NCBI GenBank assembly: GCA_963776245.1
Contig: CAVZLN010000009.1
Span: 1-64,000 of the forward strand
Source: Candidatus Eiseniibacteriota bacterium
GTDB taxonomy: Bacteria > Eisenbacteria > RBG-16-71-46
Reading direction: 5' to 3'
Length of the DNA: 64,000 nucleotides
Below are positions 11,884 to 21,268 of the stretch, one piece after another. Made by a program: the position numbers and the translations under genes. The stretch's first letter is position 1; each line of letters begins with the position of its first letter. A model generated the notes under the pieces. The model was given only the letters and a program-made list of their open reading frames with translations, searched no databases and was not told the DNA's origin.

Positions 11884-12027
11884 ACGACCGCTCCAGTTCC
11901 CAAGCAACACGATCAGAAGCGCTCGTTTGAGCTGCCTCAGATCCATGTCGGGGCGCTCTCACGTCGCAGCTCCCAGGGCGCAGCGAATCCAATCCCACTC
12001 GTGCACCTTCGTCCCCGTGGGGACTCG

Positions 12028-12708
12028 CTACCATCGCATCCCGACGAGGCTCTCCACGCCGCGGGTCTTCCATGCGACGATCCAATCGTCCTGCTTCTGG
12101 ACATCGATCAATCCGTGCGTGTAGCGAAGGATTACGATCCCAGTGTGCCGCCCGACGAGGAACTCGAGGCCGCCCTCAGCATCGAGCGACAGGTTGGCCC
12201 GCTTCAACTGGTGCGTGATGCTCTCCGAGCTGCTGGACTCCACGGGCGACGAGTAGTCAGTGAACGACCTTCCGCTGAGCAGGAACGCTCCTTCGGGGCC
12301 TGCCGCGAGAAAGCACCGCCGCGAAGGAGTCGGCCGAATCGCCAGAAGCAACGGCACAGCCAGGTAGTGCTGGGCTATGCGAATCTCGCCGGTCAGCGGT
12401 GGCGAGCCGGGGATGTTGATCTTGACCCGATTCCCCTGTTGCACGTACCGCAGCCCCGTCATCAGGGAGAACCGCCGTCGCAAGGGGGCTTCCAATGACG
12501 CGCCACCTGCAAAGGACGTGCGCCACCCCGGATCCCAATGGGAAGTGATCGGAGGAAACACGTTGAGGTCCCTGTACCTTAGCGACGAGGTGTTTGCTCC
12601 GATCTCGACGCTGTATCGGACGCCCGCTATTGCTGGCGTGTCGAACGATGTGACGAGCGCAATGGCAGCTGCGACTACACCGTGCTTGCCTGCGCTGGCG
12701 CTCCACAT
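12028..12708 (-). CDS. Outer-membrane beta-barrel (porin/PorT-like) protein
   Basis: GGAGG RBS, signal peptide, YLAVPLLL, LRYTHGL, terminal aromatic residue (VGMRW). Confidence 0.75.
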   Translation of the reverse strand: MWSASAGKHGVVAAAIALVTSFDTPAIAGVRYSVEIGANTSSLRYRDLNVFPPITSHWDPGWRTSFAGGASLEAPLRRRFSLMTGLRYVQQGNRVKINIPGSPPLTGEIRIAQHYLAVPLLLAIRPTPSRRCFLAAGPEGAFLLSGRSFTDYSSPVESSSSESITHQLKRANLSLDAEGGLEFLVGRHTGIVILRYTHGLIDVQKQDDWIVAWKTRGVESLVGMRW

Positions 12709-12990
12709 TGCGAGACCTCCTTCGGAGGGTCTTTCAATCACCTTACATCACGTTGAAGTTGGGTGCCTGGCGCGACAGGGCCACGTGCCCGCACAGGTGG
12801 ACGAGACAAGTTGAGGCCGTCGCCGCTGCTCAGATCGTGTTGGTTGGGCATCGGCGCCTGTATCCATGTACGGCAGCTTGCTTTCGACACGCTACCACTC
12901 ACCGGAACCTCACGCTGACCGGAGCAGCTCGCCGGCGGGAGAATCGACACGGTTGCCGGCCCACCGAAGCATGGCCCATCCGGGACATCA

Positions 12991-13086
12991 CGCTCACGCC
13001 GCGCAGCCAATCGACCGCCTGAGCAGATCCAGCTCGTGGATCCACCTGAGCAGCCGGTTCGAATTCCTGATGGTTTGGGACGCCAG
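12991..13086. repeat. att-like repeat R3
   Basis: Ends in GTTTGGGACGCCAG; minus strand reads LASQTIRNSNRLLRWIHELDLLRRSIGCAA*. Confidence 0.85.
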
Positions 13087-13180
13087 CCGGATGATGAAGC
13101 CCGCCTACCCGGCCCGCTCAGATGGCGCATCTCGCGGGAAGCCCTGATGTGAGCCGGGTCGGGTGCGGCGGCAGGTGCGG

Positions 13181-14335
13181 CTACTCCTCCATCTCCTTCA
13201 GCTTCGTCGCGGCCGCGGCATGCCCTGGAGCGAGAGACAGCGCCTGCCGGTAGCATCCCTCGGCCTGCTCGTGGCGACCGTCCTGACGATAGGCGTCGCC
13301 CAGGCTGACCTGCGCGTCGGCGGAGCGCGGATAGCTCTGCGCACGGTACTGGAGCACCTCGATGGCCATGCCGTTCTTCTTCTCGCCGAGCAGGGTCTCG
13401 CCCAGTTGCTTCAGCGCGTCCTCCGGCAGCTTGCCCGGAACCCCGAATCTCGCGGAGCGATCGTCCGCGCGGGCCCGGATCTCCGGGAAGGTGCTCTCGT
13501 TGAGTCTCTGAGTGATCCTCCAGCCCTCGAACAGGCTGCGCAGTCCTTCGATCAGACTGTTCGCTGGGACATGCTCGCCGTTCGGGAGCACCGCGAGCCG
13601 GCAGGACAGCCCGGCAGGCGCCGACATGTCGATCTGTTCCTTGAGCGCGCCGTTCAGGCTGATGACGGTCGGGTAGTCGCGCTCGCCCATCACCAGGACG
13701 AGCCGTCGCCTTCCGCCCTTGAAGTCGCGTACGAGGTTGTTCCGCTCGTTGCGGAAGTACGGTATCGACAGGGTGGCGCTGGCGGCGATGTAGGCGTCGG
13801 CCATCTCGGGGGTGCGGAAGAGCGCGTGCACGGCGGTGAAGCCGCTGTTGGAGGTGCCATAGAGGACGCGGAACCTCTCGGTGCGATAGGTCTTCTCGAC
13901 GTGCGGGATCAGTTCATCGTGGATGAAGTCCAGATACTGGTTGGCTCGGCCACCGTCCCTGGTGCTATCCGGATAGACGACCACTTCCGGGAAGATGTCC
14001 TTGGATCGATCGGTGTTCTTGATGCCGACGATGATGAACTCCGGGATCTCGCCCAGTTGCGCGGCGTGCCGCAGTGCCCCGATCCCCCCGGAGTTGAAAT
14101 TGAAGTCCCCGTCCATCATGTAGACGACGGGGTACCGTTCCGCATCGTCGTTGTAGCGGTCCGGCAGCGAGACCCAGAACTCGCGGGTCTCGCCCACGGC
14201 GGCCGACTCGAGCTTCTCGATCCGCACCGGGAGCGGAAGGTTCGAGCCCTCCGCGTGGACGGTGAATGGGGTGCAGCCGATCGCCCACGCGGCCAACAGC
14301 AGGATCCGAAGGAGCACGACGAGGCCCTTTCGCAT
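13181..14335 (-). CDS. Alpha/beta-hydrolase (IroE/esterase-like) with C-terminal TPR
   Basis: YPVVYMMDG, GTSNSG nucleophile elbow, TPR-like SLGDAY...AEGCYRQALSLAP. Confidence 0.8.
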   Translation of the reverse strand: MRKGLVVLLRILLLAAWAIGCTPFTVHAEGSNLPLPVRIEKLESAAVGETREFWVSLPDRYNDDAERYPVVYMMDGDFNFNSGGIGALRHAAQLGEIPEFIIVGIKNTDRSKDIFPEVVVYPDSTRDGGRANQYLDFIHDELIPHVEKTYRTERFRVLYGTSNSGFTAVHALFRTPEMADAYIAASATLSIPYFRNERNNLVRDFKGGRRRLVLVMGERDYPTVISLNGALKEQIDMSAPAGLSCRLAVLPNGEHVPANSLIEGLRSLFEGWRITQRLNESTFPEIRARADDRSARFGVPGKLPEDALKQLGETLLGEKKNGMAIEVLQYRAQSYPRSADAQVSLGDAYRQDGRHEQAEGCYRQALSLAPGHAAAATKLKEMEE

Positions 14336-14363
14336 GAGTGGGTGAGAGACGCCCTGGCTCGGA

Positions 14364-15302
14364 CTAGCGCGGGCGTCGGTGCTTCTCGATCGCGCGGCTC
14401 GAGACCCAGTGGATCTCTCCCCGTTGCGCGCTGTGGCGGACGAAGAACAGGTACTTCCCATCCGGCGACAGTGTCGCGCCGTACTCGTCAGAGTCGGTGT
14501 TGAAGTCGGCGCCCAGATTGACGGGCTGGGTCCATTCGCCCCTCCCATCCGGGAAGCACGCGTAGAGATCCACGGCGCCGAATCCTCCGGCGCGCCCTGA
14601 GTAGAAGACCAGGAACCGCCCATCGGGGGCCACGCACGGGTCTCCTTCGTAGGTCCCCACGCTCAGCACGGGCGCCGGGATGAGTTCCACCTGCGGCGAC
14701 GCGTCCCGCGGCTGCCGGGCGCGATAGACCTGCGCCGCCCCGGACCGATTCGACAGGAAGTACGTGGTCCCGTCCGACACCTGGCAGAAATGGAAATCGT
14801 TGGCGTCGGAATTGAGGGGAGCGGGCAGGCGGTCCGGTAAGCCCCAGCCCGGGCCCGCTCGATCCACCCTCCAGAAGTCCATCCTCGTCCGGGACGCCTT
14901 CGCCTGAGCCGTGAAATAGAGCTGGCTCCCATCGTGGGAGAAGAACGGCTCACCGGACTTCTCGAATCCGGCGGCGAACGGGGCCGGCTCCGGAGTGGTC
15001 CACCTGCCGTTCACATATCGGGTCATCAACAGCTTCTGCGTGGAGTAGACGGAATCATCCACAGTGAAGAAGCATTCGTCGCCACGCGGTGAGAAGGCGA
15101 GACTCCCGAGGAACGGGATGTCCGCGAGGACGCCCGGGGCGAAGCGCTCGGGCTTCTCCCCCGGCGGCTTCTGGCCGAGATACGCCGCGCCCGCGGGAAG
15201 GGTCCCCGCGGATGCGCTCGGGCCGCCGAAGACCAGCAGGTGCGAGGCACAGAGCAGCAGGAACAGATGTGATGTGCCCGACCAGGTCGAGCTTCGGTTC
15301 AA
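14364..15302 (-). CDS. PD40/WD40-like beta-propeller (TolB-like) exported protein
   Basis: Repeated FSPRG, FSHDG, VAPDG and LSPDG units; YLGQKPPG N-terminus. Confidence 0.8.
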   Translation of the reverse strand: MNRSSTWSGTSHLFLLLCASHLLVFGGPSASAGTLPAGAAYLGQKPPGEKPERFAPGVLADIPFLGSLAFSPRGDECFFTVDDSVYSTQKLLMTRYVNGRWTTPEPAPFAAGFEKSGEPFFSHDGSQLYFTAQAKASRTRMDFWRVDRAGPGWGLPDRLPAPLNSDANDFHFCQVSDGTTYFLSNRSGAAQVYRARQPRDASPQVELIPAPVLSVGTYEGDPCVAPDGRFLVFYSGRAGGFGAVDLYACFPDGRGEWTQPVNLGADFNTDSDEYGATLSPDGKYLFFVRHSAQRGEIHWVSSRAIEKHRRPR

Positions 15303-15540
15303 GCGGCACCCCCGTGATGGAGTCGTCGGAGGCGCGGATGGCCCTCCCTCGTGCGAAGCCTAGCCGGCCGTCGATCCGGACGCGGCTGGAATCTGCCTAG
15401 TGAGGGGATATGCCGGATGAACCAGCCATTTGTGGGTTCGAGCGAGCCTCACACCTCCTCATCGCGTGGGAACACGGCGAGTCGCTGTCCCCGGCCCCGC
15501 GCGACCGTCGGCCGAGGCCGGACCGGCCGATCTGAACGAC

Positions 15541-15573
15541 GCAGGCCGCCGGGGCCAAGGTCCCGGGGCCTGC
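15541..15573 (-). terminator. Hairpin downstream of the remnant gene
   Basis: GCAGGCC.CCGGG...CCCGG.GGCCTGC inverted repeat just past the stop at 15589. Confidence 0.45.
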
Positions 15574-15588
15574 GCGTCCGCTCCCGCG

Positions 15589-15700
15589 TCAATCGCGGTA
15601 GTGGATCTTGATCGAGCCCCACGTGGTCTTCGCCGCGGGCGTGGCGGCGTCGCAGTAGGCGAAGTAATTGACGTTCAGCCCGACCGAGTACGGGTTGATC
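15589..15700 (-). pseudogene. 3' remnant of a secreted protein gene ending TTWGSIKIHYRD*
   Basis: Minus strand reads INPYSVGLNVNYFAYCDAATPAAKTTWGSIKIHYRD*; upstream is the antisense of the AraC fragment. Not in the ORF track. Confidence 0.75.
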
Positions 15701-16074
15701 TGCTGCTGCAGAAGCTGCCGCGGGGCCCCGATCTGGTCGAGCGCACGCGACGCGTGATCGGGGAGCGCCTGCGTGGCGGAGACTCATCGCTCGAGAGCGT
15801 GGCGCGCGAACTCGGCACCAGCGTGCGCAGTCTGCAGCGGCACCTGCGCGACATCGGCTACTCGTACAGCACCCTGGCGGACGAGGTCCGCGCGGCCACC
15901 GCCCGCCTCTACCTCGAACAACCGGATATCGCGATCGCGGAGGTCGCCTACCTCCTCGGGTTCTCGGACCAGAGCACCTTCAACCGCGCCTTCAAGCGTT
16001 GGACCGGCCACACGCCCGCTCGAACCCGCGCGCAGCTCCGAGGGAGCCGGCCAGCGCTGCGCCTCAGCTCGTAG
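15697..16074 (+). pseudogene. AraC-family regulator, C-terminal HTH half only
   Basis: VARELGTSVRSLQRHL...IAEVAYLLGFSDQSTFNRAFKRWTG; N-terminal ligand domain absent. Confidence 0.8.
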
Positions 16075-16078
16075 CCCT

Positions 16079-17101
16079 CTACCGACTCGTGCCGAAGGTC
16101 AGCATCACGCCGTTGGCCCCTTTGCCGCCGACTTTGTCGAACTTCTCGAACACGTAGTGGAAGCGGAGCTCGAGGACGGTCTCGAAGTCGTACGTGCGCA
16201 GCGCCATGATCCCCGCGATGAGATCGAGGGTCGGTGCCGTCTCGGTCTGACTGAAGCCCTGTTCGTAGGAATAGGTCGGATAGTAGGGCGAGGTCACCAC
16301 GACGGTCTGCCGCCGCTCCACGGTGACCGTGTGCACGCCGATGCCGGCGCCGAGGTAGGTCGAGAAGTCCTTCGACCCGAAGATCCGCGAGGCGCTGAGG
16401 TCGAAGATCGTCCAATCGAGATTGCCGTCGCCCCAGCTGAAGCCGAGCACGGTCGAGGACTCGATCTGGAAGTCGCGCAGCTCGTACTTGTACACCGCGT
16501 GCAGGTTGGTGAGGCGGTCGGCGCCGGCGAAGCTGTCGCCGGTGGGAAGGAGGAAACCAGCGCGGACGCCGACCCCCGAGCGCGTGGCCCGGCGGGCGGG
16601 GGCCTGAGTCTCGGCCTGCGTTACCGATTCCACCGAAGCGCGATCGGAGTTCGGCCGGCCGGCCGCGATCCCCTCGGCGAAGCGGAGCATGACCTGGTCG
16701 AGGTCCTCCTCGGACGTCGAGGTGAGCTGGTCGCGGTAGTACGGTGCCGCTTCGTCGACGCGCAGCACGCTCAGGCGCGCGATGAGTTTCCCGCCGAGCT
16801 TGCTGAGGGAGCCGTAGACCACGCGCTCAGCCCCGTGCTGGCGGGCGAGCGTCGCGGCGCAAGAGGGCTCGTCGCAGGCTTCAGGCCCATTGGGCAGAGG
16901 CGCCTGGGTGGGATCGGTGGGGACGACCTCCACCCCGAGATCCCGCAGGCTGCCCACCAGCAGATCGCGGCTGACGAGGAGGGTCGCGTCGCTCACCCCG
17001 ACCGAGCGCAACGGGAGCACGAGCGTGCGCGGGGTGGGATCGGCCTGCGCGAACGGCGCTGCGAGCAGTACGAGTACGACTGACAGCCCCTGCCGGATCA
17101 T
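16079..17101 (-). CDS. Exported protein with a periplasmic N-domain and C-terminal beta-barrel-like region
   Basis: GGAGG RBS, signal peptide, CDEPSCA...VVYGSLSKLG domain, amphipathic beta strands. Confidence 0.65.
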   Translation of the reverse strand: MIRQGLSVVLVLLAAPFAQADPTPRTLVLPLRSVGVSDATLLVSRDLLVGSLRDLGVEVVPTDPTQAPLPNGPEACDEPSCAATLARQHGAERVVYGSLSKLGGKLIARLSVLRVDEAAPYYRDQLTSTSEEDLDQVMLRFAEGIAAGRPNSDRASVESVTQAETQAPARRATRSGVGVRAGFLLPTGDSFAGADRLTNLHAVYKYELRDFQIESSTVLGFSWGDGNLDWTIFDLSASRIFGSKDFSTYLGAGIGVHTVTVERRQTVVVTSPYYPTYSYEQGFSQTETAPTLDLIAGIMALRTYDFETVLELRFHYVFEKFDKVGGKGANGVMLTFGTSR

Positions 17102-17221
17102 CGCGACCTCCTCGGCGGAATCCCTCAATGGGCGGCGCGGACTCCAATGGATCGGGCCAAAGTACCATCGCCCGATCCGGCCACACAGGGTCTTCAGGAC
17201 GTCCATCGACCGAGGCTCAAC

Positions 17222-17596
17222 TCACTTACGAGGTTGGCCCTTCCGGCTCGCCTCGTTCTCCCGGGCCCGCGCCTTGACGAGTCTGCGGATAAGCGTCACC
17301 GGCACCTTTGTGCCGATCGGGAACTGGATCGTGGCCGCACTCGTCTTGAACTTCTTCAATTCCGTGGCGTGGGTCCGCACGACCCGCCCAGGGACGAACA
17401 GGCTGACGTGGTTCGTGAAGGCGGCGAAGTACACCAGCCGTCCCCGATAGGAGTAGTACGGCATGCCGTAACTGATCCCCTCGGCGGCCTGCGGGGCGCT
17501 TGCGATGATCGCTCGTCGCAGCTGCCGCAACATCGGCTGCGCCTTCCTCGGCGCGGCGGCGATGTACGCAGCGACGAATTCGCTTCCGATCTTCAT
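17222..17596 (-). CDS. DUF1801 (YdhG-like) protein
   Basis: YIAAAP...LRRAIIASAPQAAEGISYGMPYY...YFAAFTNHVSLF. Confidence 0.85.
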   Translation of the reverse strand: MKIGSEFVAAYIAAAPRKAQPMLRQLRRAIIASAPQAAEGISYGMPYYSYRGRLVYFAAFTNHVSLFVPGRVVRTHATELKKFKTSAATIQFPIGTKVPVTLIRRLVKARARENEASRKGQPRK

Positions 17597-17696
17597 GAGC
17601 GCTCCATGAGCCTGCCGGGGGTCTCGCCTGGTTTCAGACGAGCGGGCGTGGGCCGGCGCCCGCTCGCCTCGCGGCAGGGTACCGGCCCCCGGCGCG

Positions 17697-17996
17697 TCAC
17701 TCCACCACGTTGAAGATCTCGCGCGAACCCGCCTCGCAGTAGGGGATGAACGTCTCATACCACGTCCGCCACTCGGGCGAGCCCATGACCTTCTTCATCT
17801 CCTGCTCGAACGCCGCGAGTCCGTCATACTGTTGCTCGAGCACCAGCGTGTACGAGGTGCCCACGAGGTCGGTGAGCAGGCGCGCCTCGGCATTCACGGC
17901 GAGTCGCTTCATCAGAGCGCGGCCTTCCTTGAACGCCGCGACCGCGGGCTTCGACTGGCCGAACTTGATCCGGAACACGTTCCTGACGACGATCAC
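17697..17996 (-). CDS. Small NIPSNAP-like/dimeric alpha-beta barrel protein
   Basis: IVVRNVFRIKFG...RLLTDLVG...TLVLE...GSREIF; GGAAG upstream of GTG. Confidence 0.6.
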   Translation of the reverse strand: MIVVRNVFRIKFGQSKPAVAAFKEGRALMKRLAVNAEARLLTDLVGTSYTLVLEQQYDGLAAFEQEMKKVMGSPEWRTWYETFIPYCEAGSREIFNVVE

Positions 17997-18145
17997 GATG
18001 CACTTCCTTTCGCGTGGACGAGTGGGTCGGGTGCGAATCCGCGCGGCCTGCCCGGGGCGGTCGCCCGGCATGCACGGCGACCACCCTCTTGCGAAGGTGG
18101 CCGCCGGGAACTCCTCATCGACATGGGAAGCCGGTCACTCCAGTG

Positions 18146-18832
18146 TCAGCGATAGAGGCTCTTGACCTTGCCCCACGTGCTGCTGCGCGACTTCGTCGTG
18201 CAGCAGTCGTTGTCGCTGTCGAACTTCGCATTCCCGAGGATCACTTCCTCGCCGTTGACGAGCGTGAGGTGCAGCGCGCGATGCTCGGAGTTGTCGTTGT
18301 CGCAGTCGTTGTCGGGATCGTGATGGCTCTCATTCACGACCAGCGTCGCGACTCCGGGGATCACGAACGTCTCGTTCGTGGCCCCGCTCGGCGTGATCGC
18401 CACCCCGCCGAACTTCAGATTCGCGATCGTCGAGGGGATGTCGTCCACATCGTCCGGGTTGCAGCACGTGTCGTCATCGCTCGAGTAGATCGAGTCCCAT
18501 GTCAGCTCGGCCGGCGAGCCCTTCAGGACCCAGCCTGCGGTGAGATAGCTCGTGCTGTAGCCGCTGCACTCGTCGCCCTGGCTGTCGCTGTAGCTGGAGT
18601 TGACGCGCAATGCGTCACCGAGCGACAGCAATGGGTAGTAGCTGGTCTGAGAGCCTCCGACCGCGGAATCGAGCCAGCCCGTGTCGCACCAGCTCTGGGC
18701 CACGATCCCCTGGCTGGGCATGTTCGCGTAGGTGGCGTTGGCGCGGCCTTTGACGGCTGCGTTCGAGGGAATCGCTGGGAGGCAAGTGAAGGCGAACAGC
18801 GCGGGAACGAGGAGTGGGTAGCGCGTGGGCAC
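18146..18832 (-). CDS. Secreted protein (choice-of-anchor-P-like) with TWGKVKSLYR C-terminus
   Basis: GGAGG RBS, signal peptide, STIANLKFGG...IPGVATLVVNE...ALHLTL pattern; family call from recall only. Confidence 0.7.
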   Translation of the reverse strand: MPTRYPLLVPALFAFTCLPAIPSNAAVKGRANATYANMPSQGIVAQSWCDTGWLDSAVGGSQTSYYPLLSLGDALRVNSSYSDSQGDECSGYSTSYLTAGWVLKGSPAELTWDSIYSSDDDTCCNPDDVDDIPSTIANLKFGGVAITPSGATNETFVIPGVATLVVNESHHDPDNDCDNDNSEHRALHLTLVNGEEVILGNAKFDSDNDCCTTKSRSSTWGKVKSLYR

Positions 18833-19275
18833 ATGGACCTCCCGAGCGATCATGTCGATGCCAGTGGATATCGGAGGCCGACGAGGGTCACCTGCGCGGC
18901 GAGCGCTGGGCCCCACTCGGGGGCTCGAGCGCGGCGGGAGCACATCACGGTCCGAGGACGTCAGGCCCCAACGATGCCCGGCGGCGCGGATCTGTTCAAT
19001 ACAAAACTGCGTAGCCGGCGGACTCCGCTCACGAAAGTGGCGATCCGTGATGGCGACGATGCTCGTTCGTGAATGAACGATCAACGGTGGGGCTGCGATA
19101 CGATGGTGCTCGCACCGCCTCATCTCGCGACATTCCTCTCGCCGTGTGCCACGCACGATGCTAGCGTGCGCGCGCGGACGGCGATCATCTGTCACGGCAG
19201 CGCCCCCCGGTGTGCTTGCGTTCGGCGGCCGCGGGCGTCGCCTCGCCGCCCTTCACCCGGTTCAGGAGACCCCCC

Positions 19276-20022
19276 ATGCGCCTCGCCACCCGTCTGCTCA
19301 TCCCCTCGCTTGCCATCCTCGCGGTCGGGCTCTGCATCACGCCGCGAGATCTCCGGGCGCAGTCCGCGCCATGCTGTGTGGTGCCGGACAACGGTGGCGG
19401 CACCGCCGACCATCCGGCCAGTTGCCCGAACGGATACTCGGGCCTGATGCAGATCGTGGACGGGCTGCCGGTCGGTACCACGGTCCAGATCCCGGCGAAC
19501 ATCGGGAGCCCGGGCGGATTCATCAATCTCGTGCAGACGCCCGGCGGCGCTCTGGGCGGGATGTCAGAGTCCTGGCAGTCGGCGATCCTGATGCAGATGT
19601 CGGGGACCGGATCGCTCTCCTTCTACACCCGCGTCCTGAGCCTGCCCCTCAGCACGGGAACCACCTACTCCGCGCCGCGTGCGCCATTCACCAGTCCGCA
19701 GTCCTTCAACACCGATCTCTACATGATCCAGGGCCAGTTGCCGCCCGGGGATCCCGACTTCGATCTGCTCCGGGTGACGGCCGGCACGGGATTCGGGATG
19801 CCGAGTCCTGGGCATACGACCTTCACCACGGCCGTGGGCGGCTGGTCGGTGGACAGCTTCTTCGACATCACCTACCGCATCGACTTCATCGGCAAGCCGG
19901 GCGGCCCGTTCGGCGGGATGTCGGGGAGCACGACCCGCACCTACCGATTCGAGATGTGCCATGCGGCGCCGACCGGCGCGCGCACCGGGACCTGGGGCGC
20001 ACTCAAGCTGCTCTATCGATAG
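19276..20022 (+). CDS. Secreted hypothetical protein with TWGALKLLYR C-terminus
   Basis: AGGAG RBS, signal peptide, Gly/Thr-rich beta domain (VDSFFDITY), followed by a hairpin. Confidence 0.8.
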   Translation: MRLATRLLIPSLAILAVGLCITPRDLRAQSAPCCVVPDNGGGTADHPASCPNGYSGLMQIVDGLPVGTTVQIPANIGSPGGFINLVQTPGGALGGMSESWQSAILMQMSGTGSLSFYTRVLSLPLSTGTTYSAPRAPFTSPQSFNTDLYMIQGQLPPGDPDFDLLRVTAGTGFGMPSPGHTTFTTAVGGWSVDSFFDITYRIDFIGKPGGPFGGMSGSTTRTYRFEMCHAAPTGARTGTWGALKLLYR

Positions 20023-20037
20023 CAGCGAGCGACCGTG

Positions 20038-20067
20038 GCGGCCGCCCGGGTTCACTCGGGCGGCCGC
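20038..20067 (+). terminator. GC-rich hairpin terminator
   Basis: GCGGCCGCCCGGG-TTCA-CTCGGGCGGCCGC. Confidence 0.55.
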
Positions 20068-20177
20068 TCGTGTTTGGACCGGCCCACTTGTGGGGCGCGG
20101 GCTCGATGCCTAGGCTTCGAGCCCTGCCGTCGGACCAGTTCCAGCAGGGTCGCTTCGTGTCCTCGAGGGTCCCCACG

Positions 20178-21113
20178 ATGTCTCTCGCACCCGATGTGCT
20201 CTCGGCGATCGGCAACACCCCGCTCGTCCAGCTTCGCAAGGTCGTGCCGCCGCGGTCGGCGCGCGTGGTCGCGAAACTGGAATCGGCGAATCCGACCGGT
20301 GGCATGAAGGACCGGATGGCGCGCGCGGCCATCGAAGCGGCCGAGGCGCGCGGTCGCCTCGAGGCCGGCGGAACGGTGGTCGAGTACACCGGCGGGACCA
20401 CCGGGGTCTCGCTCGCGCTGGTGTGCGCGGCCAAGGGCTACCGGCTCGAGATCGTGTACTCGGACGCCTTCAGCGAGGAGAAGGCGCTCACCATGCGCGC
20501 GCTGGGCGCGAACCTCACCATCGTGCCGAGCGACCACAAGCGCATCAATGAGTCGCTCATCAAGCGGATGATCGAGAGCGCAAGAGAGATCAGCGCCAGG
20601 CCCGGGGTGTTCTGGACCGACCAGCTCAACAACCCCGACGCGATCACGGGCTACCACGCACTCGGCGAGGAGCTGTGGACGCAGACCCAGGGGGCGATCG
20701 ACGCTTTCGTGCACACGGTCGGCACGGCCCATTCGATCCACGGGACCGCGCGTGCGCTGCGCGCCCACCGGCCGTCACTCCGCGTGGTCGCGGTCGAGCC
20801 GGCGGAATCGGCCGTGCTCTCGGGCGGCTCGTCGGGGTCGCATCGGATCGAGGGGATCGGGATCGGGTTCATTCCGCCCCTGTGGCACGCTGACGAGGTC
20901 GACGAGATCCTCACCGTCCCCACCGATGAGGCGATGGCCATGGCGCGCCGGCTGGCGCGCGAGGAGGGCATCTTCGCCGGGACGTCGACGGGCGCGAACG
21001 TGGTCGCGGCATTGCGCGTGGCCCAGCGCCTGGGCAGAGACGCGACCGTGGCGACGATCATCGTCGACTCCGGACTCCGGTATCTCTCGACCGAGCTCTT
21101 CCGGGCGACCTGA
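20178..21113 (+). CDS. PLP-dependent cysteine synthase family protein
   Basis: IGNTPLV, KLESANPTGGMKDR, IEGIG and AREEGIFAGTSTGA motifs. Confidence 0.9.
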   Translation: MSLAPDVLSAIGNTPLVQLRKVVPPRSARVVAKLESANPTGGMKDRMARAAIEAAEARGRLEAGGTVVEYTGGTTGVSLALVCAAKGYRLEIVYSDAFSEEKALTMRALGANLTIVPSDHKRINESLIKRMIESAREISARPGVFWTDQLNNPDAITGYHALGEELWTQTQGAIDAFVHTVGTAHSIHGTARALRAHRPSLRVVAVEPAESAVLSGGSSGSHRIEGIGIGFIPPLWHADEVDEILTVPTDEAMAMARRLAREEGIFAGTSTGANVVAALRVAQRLGRDATVATIIVDSGLRYLSTELFRAT

Positions 21114-21268
21114 TCGCTCCGGGTCCCCGCTGGACATCACCGGGGTCGGCGCGCATCCTCGGCCCCTCACGATCGGCGTCGGCTCCGGCGAGCACCCCGG
21201 GGATCGTCTCATGACGCGTTGCCGGCCGACGGAATCGCAGCTGGGGCAGCACGCGTCGAGAGGTACCC

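Noticed and set aside
11791..11946. 51-aa ORF (MDLRQLK...) running into the R2 tail
   Set aside because: There is no equivalent start or N-terminal sequence at R1 or R3, so it is probably fortuitous.
8622..13086. Repeats as a CRISPR array or integron attC sites
   Set aside because: Spacing is kb-scale, there are no cas or intI genes and no clean RYYYAAC/GTTRRRY pairing. tRNA-end identity and codon-patterned divergence explain them better.
15410..15450. Possible fourth degenerate repeat (CCAGCCA...GGTTCGA)
   Set aside because: It lacks the GTTGGGGACGCC core and the tail frame is not preserved.
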